From positions 19,370 to 83,369 of the forward strand of contig JABMSB010000028.1 of the NCBI GenBank assembly GCA_013202205.1: DNA of 64,000 nt, written 5' to 3'. Within the stretch, counting starts at the first letter, position 1. Every line of letters begins with the position of its first letter. Below are positions 30,653 to 39,560 of this stretch, one piece after another. The notes under the pieces were generated by a model. That model saw nothing but the letters and a program-made list of their open reading frames with translations, was not told the origin of the DNA and searched no databases. Source of the stretch: Candidatus Omnitrophota bacterium (lineage in GTDB: Bacteria > Omnitrophota > Gorgyraeia > JABMSB01). The translations under genes and the position numbers were made by a program.

Positions 30653-30747
30653 ATGATAAAGGGACTCCTCTATTTAATCTTTATACTTTTATACTCTATA
30701 ATATAATAAAGATACCCTACAAGCAAGAATTTTATACCTAATATCCA
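30653..30747 (-). promoter_or_regulatory. AT-rich intergenic region with candidate sigma70-type promoter (TTGCTT-N17-TATTAT on the reverse strand) and RBS AGAGGAG for the pilMN-pilO-pilP-secretin genes
   Basis: The only gap longer than 50 nt inside the pilus locus, about 75% AT. The promoter hexamers were read by eye. Confidence 0.3.
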
Positions 30748-32769
30748 TTACCTTTGGCGCCAATAAAGAATAGAGGTCTTATCCAAATATGTTATAGTAA
30801 CATCTTCCAGCACAGGCGTCTCGCTGTAGTAAGGCATCTGGGGAGTAACATTGGCCGCGTTGTCAGCCGTCTGAAAATTGGCCCTGTATTGGATCGATGC
30901 ACTATTCGTATCCGGTATGGCATCATTTGAAGCAAGGTCCGCTGACCATGGCCCGCCCGTCTTCGTCTGGAGGAGGACCGTCTCTGAGGCGCCGCTTGCC
31001 GTATCCGGGATCGTTACCGTGTAGTGGATCGATCCCCACTCGACGACGCCGGAGTCGGAATATGGATTGAGTGCGGGATCTGTCAGATCGGTCGTATCCG
31101 ATATGTAATATCCTGTCTCAGGGATGATCCGTATATTATCCCAGGTTGTGGTGATATCGTCTTTACTTTCGAGGCGGATTGTATCTGCGCTCCATCCACT
31201 GGCCTGTCCACTGTGTTTTGGGACAACAAGAGATGTCGTGTCTCCACTACTGCTGTCTACGAGATAGATATGGTAATAAGTATCGACCTGGCTTGAGTCG
31301 AGGACTGCCCTATAATATTTATTGGGATAGTAGAATGCCTCGGCCGTATCGGTTACAGGGCTCTTTAACTCAACAACCCTTGTTGGCGCTGTCGATACCA
31401 GCTCAAGGTGGACCTCTGAATCACTTTCACTCTCTCGCAATCTAATGGCGCCATATTCGCCTTCCGTCTCTATCTCACTCTCGTGAAGTGTTAGGGAATA
31501 ATCTCCGAATTTCCAGTGCGTATCGTCTAATTTGGCCTTTTTGCCCTGAGCCAGTACGATAGAGCCGGCTATATCGTTGCCTGTGTCGCCATCAAACTCC
31601 CACGCGGCCTCGCTATATGCATCGTGGGCGTGGGCCGGATCCGGATCGAAATCATCCCAATATCCTAGCTTAAGCGAATTAGCTATTATGTCGTATCCTG
31701 GCGCTCCCCAATTTTGGTCGCTCCTTACAGGGCATGAATCGAGCCATGTAACATTCCGGTAATTACTCGAAACCGAGTTCTCAAATTGGGTGGCGGTTGT
31801 CTGGGTCCAGATATCGAATATCTTGACCACTGCTTCAACGGTTGCCTCTGCAACCTTCACCCCATTTTTACGCTCGATGACACCTGTTGAGGTTATGTGA
31901 TAATACCCGCCCGAATTAAAAGAGAATTCAGTTGTATAGTTGACCGGTTTTTGGCGATTGGGGTTGAAGTTGTTCTTTATGGCATCTGCCTCACCCGATG
32001 AGATAATCTCTGCAAGCTCCATCTTACCTATTGCGGTATCAAACTCGTCCCATCCCCTAAAAGGCCTATTCGCGTTTATAGCGCTTTCATCATCGGTTAC
32101 GATGGTTACAATAGTATTGGCTTTCTCTTTATCGATAGTGTCATTTAAACCTATCAGGAGGGCCTTCAAAACTTCTTCGGGGGCTGTATTTATGTTTATC
32201 GGGCTGCGATTGGTATTGGGGTCGATATAACCATGGACTGTTACGAAGTCCTTTATCTTATCAAAATCATCCTTCGTTATCACCTTCTTCAAATCCTCAA
32301 CTGTGAAATAAGGGCCTCCGCCTGTTATGGTATTGCCTATGGTCCCGTCGCTGGTGCCAACAATAGTTCCGAGATTATTGAGGATCACGCTTAGCTGTCC
32401 ATTGGCTGTATTCTCTATATTTATGAGGCGGCCACAATCGACTATGGTAGTCGTATATTTATAACCACTATATGGATATGCCGCACCCATAGCCTGATTA
32501 ATATAACCGCTATGCCAGGCCTCTAAAGCATCATCTACAAAGTTCATATTTGCATTCGCCTTTAGATCTACTATCGCTTTTGCAATGCCCGCCTCAGCAA
32601 TATACCGCGCCTTGACTAAGTCACGATAATTTACTGCGGCGTGGTACTCCAGCCTCGAATTGAGCGAGAAACTCGTCGCCAATATCGCCAGTATCGCTAA
32701 TATACCTATCGCGAGTATCAGGGCCACTCCCTTTTGATCTTGCTTTTTATAATATTTCTCTTTGGCCAT
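30748..32769 (-). CDS. GspK/PilX-like large minor pseudopilin
   Basis: N-terminal QKGVALILAIGILAILAILATSF hydrophobic segment without Glu5. Internal NINTAPEEVLKALLIGL helix-hairpin-helix-like motif typical of GspK. 673 aa. Confidence 0.6.
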   Translation of the reverse strand: MAKEKYYKKQDQKGVALILAIGILAILAILATSFSLNSRLEYHAAVNYRDLVKARYIAEAGIAKAIVDLKANANMNFVDDALEAWHSGYINQAMGAAYPYSGYKYTTTIVDCGRLINIENTANGQLSVILNNLGTIVGTSDGTIGNTITGGGPYFTVEDLKKVITKDDFDKIKDFVTVHGYIDPNTNRSPININTAPEEVLKALLIGLNDTIDKEKANTIVTIVTDDESAINANRPFRGWDEFDTAIGKMELAEIISSGEADAIKNNFNPNRQKPVNYTTEFSFNSGGYYHITSTGVIERKNGVKVAEATVEAVVKIFDIWTQTTATQFENSVSSNYRNVTWLDSCPVRSDQNWGAPGYDIIANSLKLGYWDDFDPDPAHAHDAYSEAAWEFDGDTGNDIAGSIVLAQGKKAKLDDTHWKFGDYSLTLHESEIETEGEYGAIRLRESESDSEVHLELVSTAPTRVVELKSPVTDTAEAFYYPNKYYRAVLDSSQVDTYYHIYLVDSSSGDTTSLVVPKHSGQASGWSADTIRLESKDDITTTWDNIRIIPETGYYISDTTDLTDPALNPYSDSGVVEWGSIHYTVTIPDTASGASETVLLQTKTGGPWSADLASNDAIPDTNSASIQYRANFQTADNAANVTPQMPYYSETPVLEDVTITYLDKTSILYWRQR

Positions 32770-32775
32770 AAGACC

Positions 32776-33429
32776 TTAACTATTAGGCAGATGAATTGTT
32801 GTCGAGAATATCCGCTCCTGGGGGTTGTCGGCTACATCCTCTTTCACTCTTATCGTCACCTTGACCGCCCTGGGCAATGTTGCGGACGCGCTCGAATCCC
32901 ACGTATCGACCCAGGCTAAGGTCGCTTCATCAAAATATTTGAATTGCAGGTCGGTTATGTATGAAGCCATTGGATAAGATATGTCGAGCGCACCGTCATC
33001 AAACACAAAATCGTATGCGGCGCCATCGGTCGATCTGACATAATGGCGCATGAGCATATTGTCGCTTGCGCGAAGCCAGTATCCGACTTCACAGACATCC
33101 GAACCTGTTCCGTCCGATAACGGAGAAGCAACGAAGAAAAGCTCGTCTTTGGCAGTACCCGTCTTTATCCTCAGATCTGGAAGGATGGTATCATCAAAGG
33201 CCAGAAAATGTATGCTGCTTGATGATTCTATGAATACGCTTGAGAGGTCTCTGCTGATCCGATCAAGGGCCATGCGTCCATTCTGGTAGAGCATGAGCTT
33301 CGCCTCCATCTTTCTCCAGGAGTCTGTACTGATCCTGAATACCGTAAAGAGGCTCATGCTCAGTATGGCCAGTATCGCCATGACTATTGAGATCTCGACA
33401 AGGGTAAATCCGTTTCGTTTTGCCTTCAT
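32776..33429 (-). CDS. minor pseudopilin (GspJ/PilW-like), prepilin-type N-terminal domain
   Basis: MKAKRNGFTLVEISIVMAILAIL is a class III signal peptide with Gly-1 and Glu5. The J-type assignment rests on size and position. Confidence 0.55.
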   Translation of the reverse strand: MKAKRNGFTLVEISIVMAILAILSMSLFTVFRISTDSWRKMEAKLMLYQNGRMALDRISRDLSSVFIESSSSIHFLAFDDTILPDLRIKTGTAKDELFFVASPLSDGTGSDVCEVGYWLRASDNMLMRHYVRSTDGAAYDFVFDDGALDISYPMASYITDLQFKYFDEATLAWVDTWDSSASATLPRAVKVTIRVKEDVADNPQERIFSTTIHLPNS

Positions 33430-33457
33430 AGTTTATCTCAAATGGTAATGATTGCTC

Positions 33458-33838
33458 TTATGGTTCGTACTTTGCTATATATGTGACCAGCTCGATACTC
33501 TTTTGGTTGCCTCTATTCCCCTGACTCCCGTCTTCGGCAGGCCACCATATCTGGACCTTGACATCCTTAAAACCCGAGAGCGCTGTTTCATCAACTGCAT
33601 AATCGTAATACGCGAAAGGCGGGGAGAATGTCCCGTCTGCGTCTAAGTTATCGGAATAGCTCCGCCTCTTAAGGTCCTCTATCGTGGTTTGCGCTAAAAG
33701 CGTCGCATTGGTATTAATACCGGCGCGCTTTGTAGCATCGAGCCCGACAGGAAATAGGGCAAGCATGCCCAAAAGCCCTGTGGTGAGTATGACAAGGGCA
33801 ATCACGGTCTCAATTAGCGTGAACGATCTCTTCTTCAT
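33458..33838 (-). CDS. minor pseudopilin (GspI/PilV-like)
   Basis: True start MKKRSFTLIETVIALVILTTGLL, with Ser at the -1 position. ATGA overlap with the upstream gene; the track ORF carries a 14-codon spurious extension. Confidence 0.55.
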   Translation of the reverse strand: MKKRSFTLIETVIALVILTTGLLGMLALFPVGLDATKRAGINTNATLLAQTTIEDLKRRSYSDNLDADGTFSPPFAYYDYAVDETALSGFKDVKVQIWWPAEDGSQGNRGNQKSIELVTYIAKYEP

Positions 33839-34281
33839 TTTATCTTGACGGTCCCTGTGGTAGCATATATATCTATCCACTTCTCGTTACCATTTTTGTG
33901 CCGTAGTATAATTTGACTATTTATCCCGCTCGTTAAAGCACCCCTGGGATTGAAGATTATTTTTGTCGTAGGAGAGACGGCCTGGAATGTCACAGCCTGC
34001 GGCAGCTTCTCTTTCTTCTCCGGGGTATCGGGAGTTAAGTTTTTTGCTATCCAATAGAGACCTGACCCGTCTAATTCGAACTTCACAAAATAGTCTTCAT
34101 TCCGCGTTATGGCGTAACTGCGGGCAACCCTCAGCGTACTCGTAATATCCCTTGAAGCCGATTCGAGCTTAGTCCTATTTAAATATTTGGCAAAGAAAGG
34201 AAAGGAGAAGGCCGAAACAAAGGCGATGATGACCAAAACGACCGTCGTCTCGATGAATGTAAACCCCTTAAGAGTCTTCAT
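33835..34281 (-). CDS. minor pseudopilin (GspH/FimT-like)
   Basis: True start MKTLKGFTFIETTVVLVIIAFV. The track ORF carries a 14-codon extension. Confidence 0.55.
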   Translation of the reverse strand: MKTLKGFTFIETTVVLVIIAFVSAFSFPFFAKYLNRTKLESASRDITSTLRVARSYAITRNEDYFVKFELDGSGLYWIAKNLTPDTPEKKEKLPQAVTFQAVSPTTKIIFNPRGALTSGINSQIILRHKNGNEKWIDIYATTGTVKIK

Positions 34282-34288
34282 ATTTCGC

Positions 34289-34759
34289 CTACCAATTAGT
34301 GCTCCATTTGCTCTGTTCGGCATCCGTACCTTCCGGGCCGTAAGACCAGAGGTTGAAGCTATTCGTATTCCCGATCAATATAGGGCTTTCGACATACTGG
34401 TATTGGTTGCTCCATGGATCCATTATCTTTCCGCCGCTTATGTCAGCGGCGTTGAACTCCATGTATGGCCCCTGCCAGTCGTAATATCGCGAATGGGCGT
34501 CGGTGGTAAGCTCTAAATAGAGTTGGGCGTTACCATTGTTGGGGGATGCCATCGTAGCGCCATTACCTTCCGGATAGTCTCCCATGTCTGCATGATACAT
34601 TGAGATCGACAGCTCGAGCGATGAGATCATGGCGCGCGCCTTCGATACAAGCGCCTTCTTGCGCGCTATCTGCGCGGAACCCATTACGAGCGCGGCCAAC
34701 ATAGAGATGATTACAACAACGGCTATCAATTCTACCAATGTGAATGACCTTTTCTGCAT
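34289..34759 (-). CDS. major pseudopilin/pilin of GspG type
   Basis: MQKRSFTLVELIAVVVIISMLAALV plus the GspG-like core (SSLELSISMYHADMGDYP ... DPWSNQYQY). Ser at -1. Confidence 0.7.
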   Translation of the reverse strand: MQKRSFTLVELIAVVVIISMLAALVMGSAQIARKKALVSKARAMISSLELSISMYHADMGDYPEGNGATMASPNNGNAQLYLELTTDAHSRYYDWQGPYMEFNAADISGGKIMDPWSNQYQYVESPILIGNTNSFNLWSYGPEGTDAEQSKWSTNW

Positions 34760-34782
34760 CGAAACCTCCCTTGTATAACAGA

Positions 34783-36051
34783 TTAAATGCTCAATGCGGT
34801 AAGTAGCTTGATAAGCGGCAAGAACATCGCGACAACTATAAACCCTACTATAATTCCGATCGTAACAATAAGAATCGGCTCAAGCAGCGATGTCAATGCC
34901 GACACCGTAGCATCCACCTCGCCCTCATATACATCCGCGACCTTAGAGAGCATCTGCTCTAAAGAACCTGTCTCCTCTCCCACCTCTACCATATTAACGA
35001 CCATGGCCGAAAACACACCGCTGGCTTTAAGAGGGGCAGCCATAGATTCGCCTTCCCGTATAGATTCATATGTCATCGTCAATGCCCGTATTATCACTTC
35101 ATTGTCAAGAGTATCCTTCGTGATATCGAGGGCCTGGAGTATTGGCACACCGCTTGCTGTAAGCGTGCTCAATGTTCTCGAGAAGTTGGCTATCGACATC
35201 TTTCGCATAAGGACGCCGAATATGGGAATGTGTAATTTCGCCCTGTCGATATAAAATCTCATCCGCTTCATGCGGCTTAATATGTTATAAGTAACCGTTA
35301 TCGCGACCAGCACAGCAACACATATATACCACCTCTCCCGAAGAAAATCCGATACCGACATTAGTATCATGGTAGGCAAAGGAAGTGTCGCGCCTATCTC
35401 CGCAAAGAGCTCCATGAATTTGGGTATGATGAATGCTATGAGAAATACGAGTACGGAGACGGCAATAAAGACGACGAGTAAGGGATAGGTAAGTGCCGAT
35501 TTTATCTTCCCCTTTAACTTGTGGTTCTTCTCGGTGAAATCGGCCATTCTCTCAAGGACCACTTCCAGGACGCCTCCGGCCTCACCTGCCTTGACGGTAC
35601 TTACGAACATATTCGAGAAGACCTTAGGAAACTTTCCCAGGGCATCGCTAAAATTGGATCCACCCTCTATCTGGGCAAGGACACTCCTCATAACATCCTT
35701 GAGCATCCCGGGGCGCAGCTGGTCATGCAAGACACTGAGGCCGCGCACTAAAGGCAGTCCCGACGCTATCATCGTCGAAAGCTGTCTTGTAAGAACCATG
35801 ATATCCTTAGACCTTACAGTGCCTATCCCAAGAAATGGTATGGACATGCTCATGCTGAAGAAACGCCGCTCTTCCCCCTGGCCCTGGGGCGCAGCGACGC
35901 TTGTGGCACGCCCCTTCTTTTCGGATATCTGCGTGGGAAAACAACCGATACGGCGTATATGCGCGATCACTTCCGTGTCGCTGGCCGCATCGATCTCGCC
36001 CTTTACCTCTTTGCCTGACTTGTCAACCGCCTTATAAGCGTATTTAGCCAC
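34783..36051 (-). CDS. type II secretion/type IV pilus inner-membrane platform protein (GspF/PilC family)
   Basis: 422 aa with duplicated GspF domain and three TM segments. Confidence 0.85.
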   Translation of the reverse strand: MAKYAYKAVDKSGKEVKGEIDAASDTEVIAHIRRIGCFPTQISEKKGRATSVAAPQGQGEERRFFSMSMSIPFLGIGTVRSKDIMVLTRQLSTMIASGLPLVRGLSVLHDQLRPGMLKDVMRSVLAQIEGGSNFSDALGKFPKVFSNMFVSTVKAGEAGGVLEVVLERMADFTEKNHKLKGKIKSALTYPLLVVFIAVSVLVFLIAFIIPKFMELFAEIGATLPLPTMILMSVSDFLRERWYICVAVLVAITVTYNILSRMKRMRFYIDRAKLHIPIFGVLMRKMSIANFSRTLSTLTASGVPILQALDITKDTLDNEVIIRALTMTYESIREGESMAAPLKASGVFSAMVVNMVEVGEETGSLEQMLSKVADVYEGEVDATVSALTSLLEPILIVTIGIIVGFIVVAMFLPLIKLLTALSI

Positions 36052-36064
36052 CGAACCTCACTCC

Positions 36065-37786
36065 TTAAACATACTGTTGCGTTTCCCGCGCAACCTCACT
36101 AATAGTGGTTATGCCCTGATGTACCTTCAGAAGGCCGTCTTCCCTTAATGACCGCATGCCTGAGTCTTTGGCCGCCTCCCTTATATGGGCAGTCTGGGAC
36201 CGTTTTACTATAAATGGCCTCAACTTATCTGTAATGATCAAAAATTCATATATACCCGTACGTCCTTTGTAACCCGACTTGTTGCACTGGACACATCCTT
36301 TACCCCTGAAGAAAGGCTTTTTGGCCTCCGGGTCTCCCGGCAAAATACCGGCCTCCTTCAACTCCTTGGTGGAAGGCTTATATTCTTCTTTGCAATTATT
36401 GCATATCACCCTAACCAATCTTTGGGCCAATACCGCCTCCAGTGTTGATGTTATGAGATAAGGCTCTATACCCATATTGATAAGGCGGGTTATCGCGCCC
36501 GGCGCATCATTAGTATGGAGCGTGGAAAAGACGAGATGGCCTGTCAGCGATGCCTGGATGGCTATCTGGGCGGTCTCTGCATCCCTTATCTCTCCCACCA
36601 TAATTATATCAGGGTCCTGCCGCAAGATGTGCCTTAAGCATGTTGCGAAGTTCAGGTTTATCTTGGATCTTATAGGAACCTGTATAATACCGGCTATATC
36701 ATATTCTACCGGATCTTCTGTCGTAATTATCTTATACTCTATCTTATTTATCTCCCTGAGACATGAATATAGAGTGGTCGTCTTGCCGCAACCCGTAGGA
36801 CCGGTGGAGAGGATTATACCGTTAGGCTTGGTGATTATCTTCTTTAAAGACTCCTTCATATCATCAGCAACGCCGACCTGGTCCAGAGAAAGGCTAACGA
36901 CACTCTTGTCCAATATCCTGACGACGACGCTCTCGCCAAAGACTGTTGGCAGCGTCGAAACACGCAGGTCTATACCTTTACCCTCTATGGTTAATGCTAT
37001 ACGGCCATCTTGAGGCAGGCGTCTCTCTGCTATATCAAGACTTGCCATGACCTTTATGCGGGATGTTATGGCAAGGCTAAGGTCCCGAGGAGGACTCGTT
37101 ATATTATATAGGATACCATCGACCCTGTAGCGGATCTTAAATTCATCTTCAAACGGTTCAAAATGTATATCGCTAGCCCTATCCCTTATCCCTTGAAGCA
37201 GGATCAGGTTCAAGAGACGAACGACCGGTTCATGGGATGCCAACTCCTGCAGAACAGATTCATCCGCTATCTCCCCTTCTGTCTCCAAAAGCCTTGGCAA
37301 TGGGACCTTCTTTTCTATCTCCCCCAATAACTCTTCTACAGATTCATCCCTGGAATCATAGTATTTATGCAGCGCGGAATCGATGTCTTTCTCTCTGGCT
37401 ATGACGGCTTTTATATTCTTGTTCAGCATGAATCTCAAATCATCGAGCGCGTTGATATTCATCGGATCGCTCATGGCGATCGTTATGCTCTCCCCGTCAA
37501 ACTTAACCGGCACAATGCGATATGTCTTTGCAAGTGGCGCTGAGAGCATATCTATGACAGCATCATCGAGCTCCATCTTATCGAGCTCGATAAACTCCAT
37601 GCCTGTCTGCGCGCCTAAGGCCTTGAGTATATCGTCTTCTTTGACAAATCCCATATCTACAAGGGTGCGCCCCAATAGATTGCCGCTCTGTTGCTGCTGT
37701 TCGAGAGCGCTCTTAAGCTGGTCTTCATTTACGAGACCCATGTCTAAAAGTAATTGTCCAAGCAGGCGATATTTACCCCTACCCAT
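36065..37786 (-). CDS. GspE/PilB-type secretion ATPase with MshEN-type N-terminal domain
   Basis: Walker A GPTGCGKTT. Tetracysteine CNNCKEEY...CVQC. The N-terminus carries two 24-aa motifs separated by 5 aa (LLGQLLLDMGLVNEDQLKSALEQQ / LLGRTLVDMGFVKEDDILKALGAQ) that match the MshEN c-di-GMP-binding pattern. Confidence 0.85.
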   Translation of the reverse strand: MGRGKYRLLGQLLLDMGLVNEDQLKSALEQQQQSGNLLGRTLVDMGFVKEDDILKALGAQTGMEFIELDKMELDDAVIDMLSAPLAKTYRIVPVKFDGESITIAMSDPMNINALDDLRFMLNKNIKAVIAREKDIDSALHKYYDSRDESVEELLGEIEKKVPLPRLLETEGEIADESVLQELASHEPVVRLLNLILLQGIRDRASDIHFEPFEDEFKIRYRVDGILYNITSPPRDLSLAITSRIKVMASLDIAERRLPQDGRIALTIEGKGIDLRVSTLPTVFGESVVVRILDKSVVSLSLDQVGVADDMKESLKKIITKPNGIILSTGPTGCGKTTTLYSCLREINKIEYKIITTEDPVEYDIAGIIQVPIRSKINLNFATCLRHILRQDPDIIMVGEIRDAETAQIAIQASLTGHLVFSTLHTNDAPGAITRLINMGIEPYLITSTLEAVLAQRLVRVICNNCKEEYKPSTKELKEAGILPGDPEAKKPFFRGKGCVQCNKSGYKGRTGIYEFLIITDKLRPFIVKRSQTAHIREAAKDSGMRSLREDGLLKVHQGITTISEVARETQQYV

Positions 37787-37809
37787 AACCGATTGCCTTT
37801 CTCTTGCCC

Positions 37810-39510
37810 TTACATACTTTCTTCCTGCGTCACCCTGAGGACCTCTTGTATGCTTGTAAGGCCCCTGGTTGCTTTAATCAAACCATCCTCCCTCAGCGAC
37901 CTCATCCCGGCTTTGCATGCTTCTTTCCGCAATTCATTCGTCGGCACATTCTTCAATATTAACTCTCGCAGATTATCGTTCATGACAAGAATCTCAAAGA
38001 TGCTTATCCTGCCTAAGAACCCTGTAAAACTGCACCTCTCGCAACCTTCGCCCATGCGCAGGCCATTGCTCTTTGAAGCAAGGTTTGCTGATTCGAGCAC
38101 CATTATCTCTTCCTGCGAAGGCTTATATTCCTTCTTGCAGTGCGGGCATATCAGACGGACCAACCTCTGCGCAAGCGCTGCCTGCAGACTCGATGCTATC
38201 ATGTATGTCTTGATCCCCATATCTATCAATCGTGTCACGGCGCCGGGCGCATCGTTGGTATGCAGGGTAGAGAATACGAGATGTCCGGTCAATGCGGCCT
38301 GTATGGCTATCTGGGCCGTCTCGTTATCTCTTATCTCACCCACCATTATCACATCAGGCGCCTGTCTCAGTATCGACCTGAGGCCTTTGGCAAATGTGAG
38401 GCCTATCTGGGGTCGGACCTGCACCTGATTAACCCCGCTGAGCTGGTACTCTACAGGCTCCTCGACGGTTATAAGCTTTCTATCGGGTTTATTGATATAG
38501 TTGAGAGAGGCGTATAACGTCGTTGTCTTGCCGGATCCGGTAGGTCCTGTATCAAGTAATATGCCATGGGGCAATTTAATCAGTGCCTTGAATCTCTCCT
38601 CATCATCCTCTAAAAAACCCAATTCTTTTAGTCCCAGCGCAAAATTCGACTTATCGAGTAGGCGCATAACGACACTCTCGCCATATACTGCCGGAAGGGT
38701 CGATACCCTGAGGTCAAGCTCCTTACCCTGAAGCGCGAATCTTATCCTGCCATCCTGAGGGAGGCGTTTTTCGGCGAGATTCATCCCTGCCATCAATTTT
38801 ATCCTGCTGATAACAGAACCCTGAAGGCGTTTTGGCGGACCGGGGACCTCGTGCAACACACCGTCTATCCTATAGCGTATCCTGAACTTACCCTCAAGAG
38901 GTTCGGCGTGTATGTCACTGGCGCGGGCGCGTACGGCTTCCATTATAAGAAGGCTGACGAGTTTGATGATAGGCGCCTCTTCCTCTTCGTGGGGAGTCGA
39001 TTCGGCTTCCCTGGCAGCGCTCTTAGCCTCCGCATCGCTTACCTCAAGGCTCTCAACGACATTATCTATCGCCTCTTCCTTCAGGCCATAATAATGTTCA
39101 AGACAATGGTCTAACTCTGCCTTGGAAGATATGACAATATCGATCTGACGCTTCAATTGTTCCCCCAGGTTTTCGATGACGAGGAGGTTCAATATATCGT
39201 CTGTGGCCAGCGTAAGGAGATCTCCCTCCAACTTTGTGGGAACGAGCCTATGTTTTATGGCTATAAGTGGCGGTAGTATGCTGATGACCTCCTGCGGGAT
39301 CTTCAGGTTCGCCATCACCTCCGGAACAATACCTGAATGGGATGCGATTACATCGTTGAGATTTTCACCGCTTATAAACCCTAAGCGTTTCAGTATGTCA
39401 GAGAACCTCTCCCTGGTGCGGTGCTGCTCCTCTAAGGCCTGCTTGAGCTGCTTCTCTGTAAGAAGGCCTATGGACTTTACCACATCCCTTATTCTCTTCT
39501 CTTTTTTCAT
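37810..39510 (-). CDS. GspE/PilB-type secretion ATPase, second paralog
   Basis: Walker A GPTGSGKTT. Tetracysteine CPHCKKEY...CERC. N-terminal T2SSE_N domain with degenerate MshEN-like repeats. Confidence 0.85.
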   Translation of the reverse strand: MKKEKRIRDVVKSIGLLTEKQLKQALEEQHRTRERFSDILKRLGFISGENLNDVIASHSGIVPEVMANLKIPQEVISILPPLIAIKHRLVPTKLEGDLLTLATDDILNLLVIENLGEQLKRQIDIVISSKAELDHCLEHYYGLKEEAIDNVVESLEVSDAEAKSAAREAESTPHEEEEAPIIKLVSLLIMEAVRARASDIHAEPLEGKFRIRYRIDGVLHEVPGPPKRLQGSVISRIKLMAGMNLAEKRLPQDGRIRFALQGKELDLRVSTLPAVYGESVVMRLLDKSNFALGLKELGFLEDDEERFKALIKLPHGILLDTGPTGSGKTTTLYASLNYINKPDRKLITVEEPVEYQLSGVNQVQVRPQIGLTFAKGLRSILRQAPDVIMVGEIRDNETAQIAIQAALTGHLVFSTLHTNDAPGAVTRLIDMGIKTYMIASSLQAALAQRLVRLICPHCKKEYKPSQEEIMVLESANLASKSNGLRMGEGCERCSFTGFLGRISIFEILVMNDNLRELILKNVPTNELRKEACKAGMRSLREDGLIKATRGLTSIQEVLRVTQEESM

Positions 39511-39530
39511 GGTGTAAATCTCTTATTATA

Positions 39531-39556
39531 GTGGCGCAGGCTTAAGCCTGCGCCAC
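39531..39556. repeat. perfect 26-nt palindrome GTGGCGCAGGCTTAAGCCTGCGCCAC between the HAMP gene stop and the first ATPase start
   Basis: The two 13-nt halves are exact reverse complements. It is followed on the coding strand by TATAAT and AAGAGA, 9 nt before the ATG. Confidence 0.6.
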
Positions 39557-39560
39557 ATAG

